Shown here piece by piece: positions 1 to 6,132 of a stretch of DNA of 54,562 bases. Origin of the DNA: a virus; IMG/VR virus record IMGVR_UViG_3300014024_000065, one strand, 5' to 3'. The position numbers and the translations under genes were made by a program. Each line of letters opens with the position of its first letter. Positions within the stretch are counted from its first letter, which is position 1. The notes beneath the pieces are model-generated. The model was not told where the DNA came from and made no database searches. It worked only from the letters and a program-made list of their open reading frames with translations.

Positions 1-77
1 TACAGCCCTACTAAACTGTGCGGAGGTGGGACGACGAAATCGAATTCTAACGAATTACCGATTTCTGTCCCACTCTC
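1..77 (-). repeat. 77-bp intergenic repeat element, copy 1 (reverse orientation), starts exactly at window edge
   Basis: Exact reverse complement of 857..933. Matches 54486..54562 with 2 mismatches. Contains an internal imperfect hairpin (GGGAC..CGAAATCGAATTC / GAATT.CCGATTTC..GTCCC). Confidence 0.85.
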
Positions 78-107
78 ATTTGTCTGTAAAATATTTACCA
101 AAATGCT

Positions 108-134
108 TTGTAATTTTAGATTTTATGGTATAAT
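108..134 (+). promoter_or_regulatory. Putative nusG promoter (-35 TTGTAA, extended -10 TGgTATAAT)
   Basis: TTGTAA at 108..113, TG at 126..127, TATAAT at 129..134. Lies about 55 nt upstream of the nusG ATG. Confidence 0.45.
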
Positions 135-189
135 AAGGCTAGATATCAAGCAGAAGCCCTAGGCTTTTTTATTTAGGAAAGGACAAAAC

Positions 190-726
190 ATGGACAGTTT
201 TGATAAAGGCTGGTTTGTACTGCAAACCTACTCAGGCTATGAAAATAAGGTAAAGGAAAATCTCTTGCAGCGCGCCCAGACCTATAATATGCTGGAAAAT
301 ATCCTGCGCGTGGAAATTCCGACTCAGACCGTACAAGTAGAGAAAAACGGCAAGAGCAAGGAAGTCGAAGAAAACCGCTTCCCAGGTTATGTATTGGTTG
401 AGATGGTCATGACGGACGAAGCTTGGTTTGTCGTGCGGAATACACCAAACGTAACTGGATTTGTGGGTTCACACGGAAACCGTTCGAAACCAACTCCGCT
501 TTTGGAGGAAGAAATCCGCAGCATTCTGATTTCTATGGGACAAACAGTTCAAGAATTTGACTTGGACGTCAAAGTGGGCGATACAGTTCGCATCATTGAC
601 GGTGCCTTTGCTAACTATACTGGCAAAATCACGGAAATTGACAATAATAAGGTCAAGATGATTATCTCTATGTTTGGAAATGACACGGTTGCAGAAGTCA
701 ACCTCAGCCAAATTGCTGAATTATAA
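190..726 (+). CDS. nusG: Transcription termination/antitermination factor NusG
   Basis: 178-aa ORF with an NGN domain (WFVLQTYSGYENKV, FPGYVLVEM) and a C-terminal KOW motif (KVGDTVRIIDGAFANYTGKITEID). Confidence 0.95.
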   Translation: MDSFDKGWFVLQTYSGYENKVKENLLQRAQTYNMLENILRVEIPTQTVQVEKNGKSKEVEENRFPGYVLVEMVMTDEAWFVVRNTPNVTGFVGSHGNRSKPTPLLEEEIRSILISMGQTVQEFDLDVKVGDTVRIIDGAFANYTGKITEIDNNKVKMIISMFGNDTVAEVNLSQIAEL

Positions 727-744
727 TTTTTGAATGCATAAAAA

Positions 745-775
745 AGAGTCGGAAAGTATTTTCCGCTCTTTTTTG
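745..775 (+). terminator. Rho-independent terminator after nusG
   Basis: Stem AGAGTCGGAAA / TTTCCG-CTCT followed by a T-run, 20 nt after the stop codon. Confidence 0.8.
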
Positions 776-856
776 TTAGCAGTGTTGGCTGTTAGATAAA
801 GGCTGGTGCTCCTGGTATCATTGCACTTCATTAAACTTGACCAATGACGTAAAAAA

Positions 857-933
857 GAGAGTGGGACAGAAATCGGTAATTCGTTAGAATTCGATTTCGT
901 CGTCCCACCTCCGCACAGTTTAGTAGGGCTGTA
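857..933 (+). repeat. 77-bp intergenic repeat element, copy 2
   Basis: Perfect inverted repeat of 1..77. Near-identical direct copy at 54486..54562. Confidence 0.9.
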
Positions 934-980
934 GAGCCCACTCAACCACTGCGTCTTGCTCGACAATCCAAAGACAATTG

Positions 981-1008
981 AGAGGCTAGGACTTTTGTCC
1001 CAGCCTCT
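981..1008 (-). terminator. Hairpin downstream of the tRNA-Cys 3' remnant (probable ancestral tRNA terminator, now orphaned)
   Basis: AGAGGCTAGGAC-TTTT-GTCCCAGCCTCT, a 12-bp stem with 1 mismatch. Lies about 35 nt downstream (minus sense) of the tRNA 3' fragment at 1042..1059. Confidence 0.45.
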
Positions 1009-1041
1009 TGGTTAGTATAAAGTCGGATTTAAACCGATAAA

Positions 1042-1059
1042 AAAGGCGGTAGACGGATT
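1042..1059. repeat. attL core (duplicated 3' end of tRNA-Cys)
   Basis: Identical to 36293..36310, which forms the 3' acceptor/T-stem part of the intact tRNA-Cys. Confidence 0.8.
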
Positions 1060-1095
1060 AAATACTATTGATTTAATGGGCTTTATTAAGGTTTC

Positions 1096-1114
1096 GCCCC
1101 AAATCCGCCCCAAA
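1096..1114. promoter_or_regulatory. Candidate integrase arm-type site, P' arm (GCCCCAAATCCGCCCCAAA)
   Basis: 19-bp sequence repeated exactly at 36176..36194. Each copy is itself a tandem GCCCCAAA-N3-GCCCCAAA. In a circularised phage the two copies flank the att core. Confidence 0.5.
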
Positions 1115-2182
1115 TTATGCAATCAGGAATATTTCTTTTATTTTTTCAAAATTCTTTTCTGCCAGTGCCTCCATCTGATGCGAATAAACTTTCAAGGTTA
1201 TATCTGGACTTTCATGTCCTAATAATTTCGATATGGTCACAATATCTACGCCCTTTAAAATCAAATATGATGCGTAAGTGTGGCGCAGACTATGATTTCT
1301 TACTGGACGACCTACAAGCCTTTTTATCAGCTTGTTACAAGCCGAATTCGAAACACCAAAACATACCCTGTTTTTAATATTGGCCTGCCAGTGTTCTTTT
1401 TTATAAGTTTTCAAAGTCTCGATTGTGATCCTGTCAATTGGGACTTTTCTTTTTGATGTCTCATTTTTTAGACCAGCAAAATCTTGCGTTTTTGAATAAT
1501 CAAAGCTCTTATTAATGTCTATTATCCCGTTCTGCAGGTCTATGTCGTTCCATGTCAGACCCAGAGCCTCTGAGAATCGCATGCCAGTGACTGAAAGCAG
1601 GTAGAGGGTGAAATAGGACACGTACTGGATGTTCGAGCGTGTAGAGGCTATTAGATCCTTATATTCGCCCTCTTCTAAAAAGTCGTTATCCTCCGACCTA
1701 GTTTCTATCTGAGATTTGACTTTGGCACCTTCAGCGAAGTTGTAGCTGATCACTTGTTCTCTGACTGCTACCTTCAAAGCTCCCTTGATTTGATAGTGGA
1801 ATTTCTCGAGGGTTTCCTGGGCGTATTTCTCGCCAAACTCATTGAGCCTTTTTTGATAATAAAGCGGAGTGATGTCCTTTACTTTCAAATCCCCAAAATA
1901 GGTCTTGATGTGCTTGAGGTTTTTGGTGTAAGTATCCCAGGTCTTATCCTTGACGTGCGGTCGCTTATATACTTCAGACCAGGTTTTGACAAAATCATAA
2001 AGCGTGACGTCTTTGTCTGTTAGGATATTCTCGGATAGGTTATCCTCTACATCCCTTGCTGCTGCTTGAGCCAGTTTTTTGGTCTTAAACCCGCTTTTTG
2101 ATTTCTGCTTATACTTGCCGTCAGGTCCTTTGTAAGAGATACGGTATTCCCAGCCATTTTCTCTTTTTCTAAAATATGCCAT
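1115..2182 (-). CDS. int: Tyrosine-type site-specific integrase
   Basis: Catalytic signature NHSLRHTYASYL and LGHESPDITLKVYSH. The start was moved to ATG 2182 (MAYFRKRENGWEY), which is preceded by a GAGGTG RBS. Confidence 0.92.
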   Translation of the reverse strand: MAYFRKRENGWEYRISYKGPDGKYKQKSKSGFKTKKLAQAAARDVEDNLSENILTDKDVTLYDFVKTWSEVYKRPHVKDKTWDTYTKNLKHIKTYFGDLKVKDITPLYYQKRLNEFGEKYAQETLEKFHYQIKGALKVAVREQVISYNFAEGAKVKSQIETRSEDNDFLEEGEYKDLIASTRSNIQYVSYFTLYLLSVTGMRFSEALGLTWNDIDLQNGIIDINKSFDYSKTQDFAGLKNETSKRKVPIDRITIETLKTYKKEHWQANIKNRVCFGVSNSACNKLIKRLVGRPVRNHSLRHTYASYLILKGVDIVTISKLLGHESPDITLKVYSHQMEALAEKNFEKIKEIFLIA

Positions 2183-2270
2183 CTTGTTTTTCACCTCATT
2201 TCTTGATAAAATAGGTACAAGAAAAGAGCTCAAAAGAAACTATCTTTTGAAAATCCTTTCTTGTAAGTCA

Positions 2271-2316
2271 GCCCTACGCTCAGACTCGCCAAAGTTTGAG
2301 AGCGTGGGGCTTTTTT
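2271..2316 (+). terminator. Plus-sense intrinsic terminator between two minus-strand genes
   Basis: GCCCTACGCTC ... GAGCGTGGGGC stem followed by TTTTTT on the plus strand only. Confidence 0.55.
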
Positions 2317-2319
2317 GTT

Positions 2320-2856
2320 TTATTTCACTTTTACTTTCATATCACCGTTCATCTTTTGAGAAGCTAGAGCGTCACCGTCATCAGTTTTAATGTGTAACAT
2401 AGGGTAGGAATTAAAGTCTACACCGTTTATAGCAGCCCAAACATTAAAAGCCTCATGCTCTTTCTCTTTCAATCCATCAGCAAATGCCTGTAGGTCGGTT
2501 TTTGAATAATATTTATACTCATTCGGAACTGTCACATAAAGAATAGTATCCTTATTGTAAAAGGTATAGGTAGCAATGTCCACGCCTTTATCTGTTAGGT
2601 CTTGCTTTAGATAGTCAATAAAGCTAGCCATTTGGTCAGCTGTAACTCGTGGTAGTTTTTTATCACCTTCTGAACTAGCCTCAGTAGCCTCTGTGCTTTC
2701 TGAGGTCTTTTCTTCTGTCTCAGTTGTTGAACTCCGAACGGCCACCGTGGGAGTTTCAGGAGTTTCTGTCTTTGGTGCAAGACCTAAGGCCTGCAACACG
2801 AAACCAAGAGCAGCAAGGGCTAAAAAGCCACCTCCAAACAATTTTAATTTTTTCAT
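2320..2856 (-). CDS. Membrane-anchored/secreted hypothetical protein between int and cI (candidate superinfection-exclusion position)
   Basis: 178 aa with an N-terminal hydrophobic segment (LFGGGFLALAALGFVLQALGLA). This is followed by a T/E/S-rich linker and a globular domain of about 110 aa. No lipobox Cys is present. Confidence 0.7.
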   Translation of the reverse strand: MKKLKLFGGGFLALAALGFVLQALGLAPKTETPETPTVAVRSSTTETEEKTSESTEATEASSEGDKKLPRVTADQMASFIDYLKQDLTDKGVDIATYTFYNKDTILYVTVPNEYKYYSKTDLQAFADGLKEKEHEAFNVWAAINGVDFNSYPMLHIKTDDGDALASQKMNGDMKVKVK

Positions 2857-2874
2857 GATGCGTTCTCCTTTTGT

Positions 2875-3615
2875 TTAAACTTTATAAATATCTACGACTT
2901 CTCCGATTGTACGGATGTCGTCGTCTTCAGTCAAGTAAATTTCCTCGTATCCGCTGTTCAAACTTTGCAAATACCAGGAGCCGTCGTAGTCTCTTTTTAA
3001 TTTCTTGACAAAGTTTTTACCGTTAATTTGGAAAATCCCGATATCATTGACATCTACCTGACTGGTGATTTTAATAAATAACAAGTCATTGTCTTCTATC
3101 AACGGCTCCATTGAGTCACCTGCTACCTTAGCGATAGTGTCATACTTGTCTGGTACGTCAGTAGCTCTGAGCTTGACCTCCATGTGCAAATTGTCTTCCT
3201 GAAATGTTCCATGACCTGCAGCTACCAAGCCCTCGACGTAGTCAATGATATAATCTTCATTGCTTACCTTTTCGAATATAGAAACAGCCTTAGATTTTTC
3301 CTGCTCATCAAGTTGTTCCTTAGCAAAGCCAAGGACTTTTTCCTGCCTAGGTTGCTCTAGTTTTTCATAAATTGTAACTATTTCAGACGGAGCTTTCTTG
3401 TTTTCTTTTTGGATACCCAACAAGTATTCTGGGGTAATCCCTAGAACCCTAGCAAAGTCATCCGCTCTGTTAAGTGGAAACTCCCTTGTCTTATTGAAAT
3501 ATCTTGACATTGTTGACTTGGCAATTCCAACCCGTCTAGCCAACTCGCTCATCGAAATATCTTTTTCATCTATATTCTCTTGAATAAGTAAGATGATTTC
3601 ATCGTTGGTTCTCAT
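2875..3615 (-). CDS. CI-like repressor (XRE HTH + S24 LexA-type autopeptidase)
   Basis: HTH segment ISMSELARRVGIAKSTMSRY and the S24 motif AGDSMEPLIEDNDLLFIK. The start was moved to ATG 3615 (MRTNDEII), which has an AAGGAAAGGG RBS. Confidence 0.9.
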   Translation of the reverse strand: MRTNDEIILLIQENIDEKDISMSELARRVGIAKSTMSRYFNKTREFPLNRADDFARVLGITPEYLLGIQKENKKAPSEIVTIYEKLEQPRQEKVLGFAKEQLDEQEKSKAVSIFEKVSNEDYIIDYVEGLVAAGHGTFQEDNLHMEVKLRATDVPDKYDTIAKVAGDSMEPLIEDNDLLFIKITSQVDVNDIGIFQINGKNFVKKLKRDYDGSWYLQSLNSGYEEIYLTEDDDIRTIGEVVDIYKV

Positions 3616-3645
3616 ATTTTCCCTTTCCTTTGATTTGGTATTTTC

Positions 3646-3674
3646 ATTATACCACCGTTCCCGAAAATATACAA
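3646..3674 (-). promoter_or_regulatory. Putative repressor (PRM-like) promoter
   Basis: Minus-strand TTGTAT (3669..3674), a 17-nt spacer, and TGgTATAAT (3646..3654). A GTTCC half-site at 3657..3661 lies within the spacer. Confidence 0.5.
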
Positions 3675-3720
3675 GAGAAACACAAAAAAACATTTTTTTG
3701 ATATTTTTTGCTAAAAATAG

Positions 3721-3750
3721 TTGACAAAGTGGAACAGTCGGAGTTATAAT
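3721..3750 (+). promoter_or_regulatory. Putative early lytic promoter (TTGACA-18-TATAAT)
   Basis: TTGACA at 3721..3726 and TATAAT at 3745..3750. The spacer contains AAGTGGAAC, which is shared with the distal operator. Confidence 0.6.
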
Positions 3751-3756
3751 GAAATC

Positions 3757-3772
3757 GTTCCAAAACGGGAAC
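3757..3772. promoter_or_regulatory. Candidate operator GTTCC-N6-GGAAC
   Basis: Inverted repeat GTTCCAAAACGGGAAC immediately downstream of the early promoter -10. Confidence 0.5.
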
Positions 3773-3798
3773 CAAACTAATAAAAAGGAGTACACGAA

Positions 3799-4038
3799 AT
3801 GACAGTCAATCTCAAACGATTAAAAGCTGAACGCATTGCCAGCGGTATGACTCAAGATGAAGTCGCTCACCGCATGGGATGGAAAACACGAACACCCTAC
3901 GCGAAGCGTGAAAACGGAATTGTTTCTATTGGCGCTGATGAATTGGCCAAAATCACTCTGATTTTTGGTCTGCCTATGGAAAAGATTACTATTTTTTTTG
4001 ACAATAACGTTCCCGAAGTGGAACACCGAATAGCATAG
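3799..4038 (+). CDS. Cro-like XRE-family HTH regulator
   Basis: 79 aa, divergent from cI. HTH segment MTQDEVAHRMGWKTRTPYAKRENG. RBS AAAGGAG. Confidence 0.85.
   Translation: MTVNLKRLKAERIASGMTQDEVAHRMGWKTRTPYAKRENGIVSIGADELAKITLIFGLPMEKITIFFDNNVPEVEHRIA
4009..4024. promoter_or_regulatory. Candidate distal operator GTTCC-N6-GGAAC inside the 3' end of cro
   Basis: GTTCCCGAAGTGGAAC has the same architecture as 3757..3772 and lies about 250 bp downstream of it. Confidence 0.4.
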
Positions 4039-4050
4039 AGAGGAGTAAAC

Positions 4051-4218
4051 ATGAATGAATCTTTTCTTACTATACTAGGCATATCAATGATTGCTAGTTT
4101 TATCACGAATTTAATTGCTTACTTAGCTGGTAGACATCATCTAAAAAAGAAAATTAAAAACCACAAAGTGTGGTTTAATTCTGAGATAGATCGTATCAAG
4201 AAAGAGTATCATTTGTGA
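4051..4218 (+). CDS. Small (55 aa) predicted membrane protein
   Basis: ATG preceded by an AGAGGAG RBS. Translation is MNESFLTILGISMIASFITNLIAYLAGRHHLKKK..., one TM segment followed by a basic tail. It is below the ORF-track length cutoff. A minus-sense terminator hairpin lies inside it. Confidence 0.45.
   Translation: MNESFLTILGISMIASFITNLIAYLAGRHHLKKKIKNHKVWFNSEIDRIKKEYHL
4143..4175 (-). terminator. Intrinsic terminator for the minus-strand gene 4209..4658
   Basis: Perfect 7-bp stem AACCACA-AAG-TGTGGTT (4159..4175). On the minus strand it is followed by a T-rich tract, the complement of the A-rich 4143..4158. Confidence 0.6.
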
Positions 4219-4658
4219 TTTTTCTTGGATAATTTTTCCACAAATTGTTTTTGAAGATTGGAAGGTTGTTGCTTGTTCGCAAATTGACTGAGAGTATCTA
4301 TATTTTTTATTGCTAAATCTGCAGATATTTCTCCTGAAATAGCTTTAAAAATTAGGTCATTTAACTTTAAACCTTGGTCAGTTTGAGTGTCTAGTTGTGA
4401 TACTTTTTCGAGTTCAAGTAATCTTAATTCGTGAGTTTGTTTCAGCGAATAAAGTTCTTGTGAGTGTTGCTTTTGCATTTTTTCCATATCCTGTTTAAAT
4501 TGATTTTCGATATTTTCAAGCTCTTGTAAGTGTGCGATGTTAATTTTATCAATTTCGTGCTTGCTGTTTCCTTTAGCGGCGATGTAAGACCACACACCAG
4601 AAACAAAGGCAGGTATGGCAGCGATCGCAAGCGTTTCTATAAAACTGAAATTATTCAT
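4209..4658 (-). CDS. Membrane-anchored coiled-coil hypothetical protein (reverse-oriented moron)
   Basis: 149 aa with an N-terminal TM segment (ETLAIAAIPAFVSGVWSYIAA) followed by heptad-like Q/E/K/L-rich sequence. It has its own RBS, promoter and terminator. Confidence 0.75.
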   Translation of the reverse strand: MNNFSFIETLAIAAIPAFVSGVWSYIAAKGNSKHEIDKINIAHLQELENIENQFKQDMEKMQKQHSQELYSLKQTHELRLLELEKVSQLDTQTDQGLKLNDLIFKAISGEISADLAIKNIDTLSQFANKQQPSNLQKQFVEKLSKKNHK

Positions 4659-4684
4659 AAATTTTCTCCAATCATTTTATTTTT

Positions 4685-4693
4685 ATTATACCA
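4685..4693 (-). promoter_or_regulatory. Extended -10 promoter (TGgTATAAT) for gene 4209..4658
   Basis: The reverse complement of ATTATACCA reads TGGTATAAT, about 27 nt upstream of the ATG at 4658. Confidence 0.55.
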
Positions 4694-4712
4694 AATTTAG
4701 AAAGGAGAGCGT

Positions 4713-5100
4713 ATGACAAGTTTTAAAAACTTGAATGTTCAACTAATCTTTCAGAAATGCAACGGATGATTATACAGCAGTCAAAAATGATTTTTTGAGA
4801 GATCCAAAACTTGACCCTGCCACAATTGGGATATTGATGGTTATTCTCAGCAATAAAGAGAATTGGCTAGTCTATCCAGAGGAAATAGCTAAACGATTAA
4901 ATGTTAGTCGCGACATGATAGACCGTCATCTAAAAAAACTAGAGGATGCTGGTTATATGCGAGTTGTCAAAAAAAGTCTTGGTAGAGGCCGAGGAGTTCA
5001 GACTTTCAGATTCTTCTCAGATATCAAAATTACCGATTTTCAATTTGAGATTATGTTGCAGAGATTGGAGGATGCTTTACAAAAGTTATCCACAGTTTGA
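4713..5100 (+). pseudogene. Winged-helix/HTH DNA-binding protein (replication-organiser-like N-terminus), apparently frameshifted
   Basis: ATG 4713 has a strong AAAGGAGAG RBS and gives MTSFKNLNVQLIFQKCNG*. The +1 frame continues ..DDYTAVKNDFLRDPKLDPATIGILMVILSNKENWLVYPEEIAKRLNVSRDMIDRHLKKLEDAGYM. The track ORF 4795..5100 has only a TTG start. Confidence 0.6.
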
Positions 5101-5116
5101 TATTTACATTTCCGAC

Positions 5117-5171
5117 TTTTACAAATCTGTATTTTACAAATCTGTATTTTACAAATCTGTATTTTACAAAT
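5117..5171 (+). repeat. 15-bp tandem iterons TTTTACAAATCTGTA x3.7
   Basis: Three perfect head-to-tail copies at 5117..5161 plus a partial fourth. The region is AT-rich and non-coding, directly after the HTH gene. Confidence 0.9.
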
Positions 5172-5188
5172 AAGTAAAATAAGGCACT

Positions 5189-5246
5189 AATAAATATTAA
5201 CTAACAACAAGTATTAAATAACAATAAATATTAACTAACAACAAGT
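5189..5246 (+). repeat. 24-bp direct repeat AATAAATATTAACTAACAACAAGT x2
   Basis: Copies at 5189..5212 and 5223..5246, 34 bp apart start to start. Confidence 0.9.
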
Positions 5247-5317
5247 CCTACTTCTCTTAATAAATAAAAGAGAGAAATTTCAATTTTAGGACTTTGCAAA
5301 ATAGGAAAGGAGAAGGA

Positions 5318-5482
5318 GTGAAACCAAGACGATTCCCTTATAGTGGGAAAAGAAAAAAGCCTATCTGTCAATCGATAGACTTTACGATAGATAAAGATGC
5401 TATTCTTCAGTTGGCTTTTCGAATTTCCCAATCGAAACACCCAATATCTGATCTAAAAATAGACAAATGTATGGCATTTTGA
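5318..5482 (+). CDS. Possible small basic protein (54 aa, GTG start)
   Basis: Translation VKPRRFPYSGKRKKP... shares its N-terminal motif with ORF 12807..13052. It overlaps the 3' end of the convergent gene 5400..5741 by 83 nt, and the start codon is uncertain. Confidence 0.3.
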   Translation: MKPRRFPYSGKRKKPICQSIDFTIDKDAILQLAFRISQSKHPISDLKIDKCMAF

Positions 5483-5741
5483 ATGGTCCACCGATTGAAT
5501 TGGTGCGAACTTCAACATCTACTAAAAAGATTGCTGTTGGATTTTTTTCATCGTATTCAGAAACTCGAAGATTTTTTATCGCTTGAGCAATTGCAGATAC
5601 CTCAGGATAATCAGCGCTATCAGGATAAGGTTCGCCAATATATTGCCCTGCAGCTGTTTGGATTATCAATTTATGACCTGTGTCTTTAGCGATAATATCA
5701 TGCGTTAGTATAATGTCATATTTTTCTAAGTTGTTACTCAT
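5400..5741 (-). CDS. Hypothetical protein (113 aa), reverse-oriented in the early region
   Basis: A strong AAAGGAGG RBS lies upstream of ATG 5741. I recognise no motif in it. Confidence 0.7.
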   Translation of the reverse strand: MSNNLEKYDIILTHDIIAKDTGHKLIIQTAAGQYIGEPYPDSADYPEVSAIAQAIKNLRVSEYDEKNPTAIFLVDVEVRTNSIGGPFKMPYICLFLDQILGVSIGKFEKPTEE

Positions 5742-5886
5742 AGCCTTTCCTCCTTTCTGTTTAAATTTTGACTAAAACGGTGAGAGGTCCTAGTCAAGAA
5801 TGATTATAACATAGATAACAGAAATGCACAACATATTGTTATTTAAATATATTTGCTTAACAATATATAGTGGTTAGAGGTATAAA

Positions 5887-6072
5887 ATGTGGGAACAATT
5901 AAACAGAATCATGCAGGAAAGAAATTTGAACGGCAATCAATTATCTAAGATGTCTGGAGTTAATCGCAGTTTCTTTTCTGACCTAAAGACAGGAAAGGTA
6001 AAATATCTGTCTTGGCCAAATATTTGCAAAATTGCTGATGCATTAGAAATCAGCATAGATGAACTAAGATAA
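5887..6072 (+). CDS. Small XRE-family HTH protein (61 aa)
   Basis: HTH segment NGNQLSKMSGVNRSFFSDLKTGK. Divergent from 5400..5741. Confidence 0.8.
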   Translation: MWEQLNRIMQERNLNGNQLSKMSGVNRSFFSDLKTGKVKYLSWPNICKIADALEISIDELR

Positions 6073-6102
6073 AACAAAAAGCGCCTGACGGCAATCAGGC
6101 GC
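6071..6102. terminator. Hairpin GCGCCTGA-N6-TCAGGCGC after the HTH gene (U-tract only in minus sense)
   Basis: Perfect 8-bp stem at 6081..6102. An A-run precedes it on the plus strand and no T-run follows. Confidence 0.45.
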
Positions 6103-6132
6103 ACAACAAATATTCTACGAGAGGATTATATC

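Noticed and set aside
721-966. 81-aa minus-strand ORF after nusG
   Set aside because: It spans the nusG terminator and the 77-bp repeat element. Part of the same peptide would be encoded wherever the repeat occurs, so it is an artefact.
5117-5171. Possible CRISPR array
   Set aside because: The 15-bp units are directly abutting with no spacers, there are only 3.7 copies, and no cas genes are present. This is an iteron/tandem repeat, not a CRISPR array.
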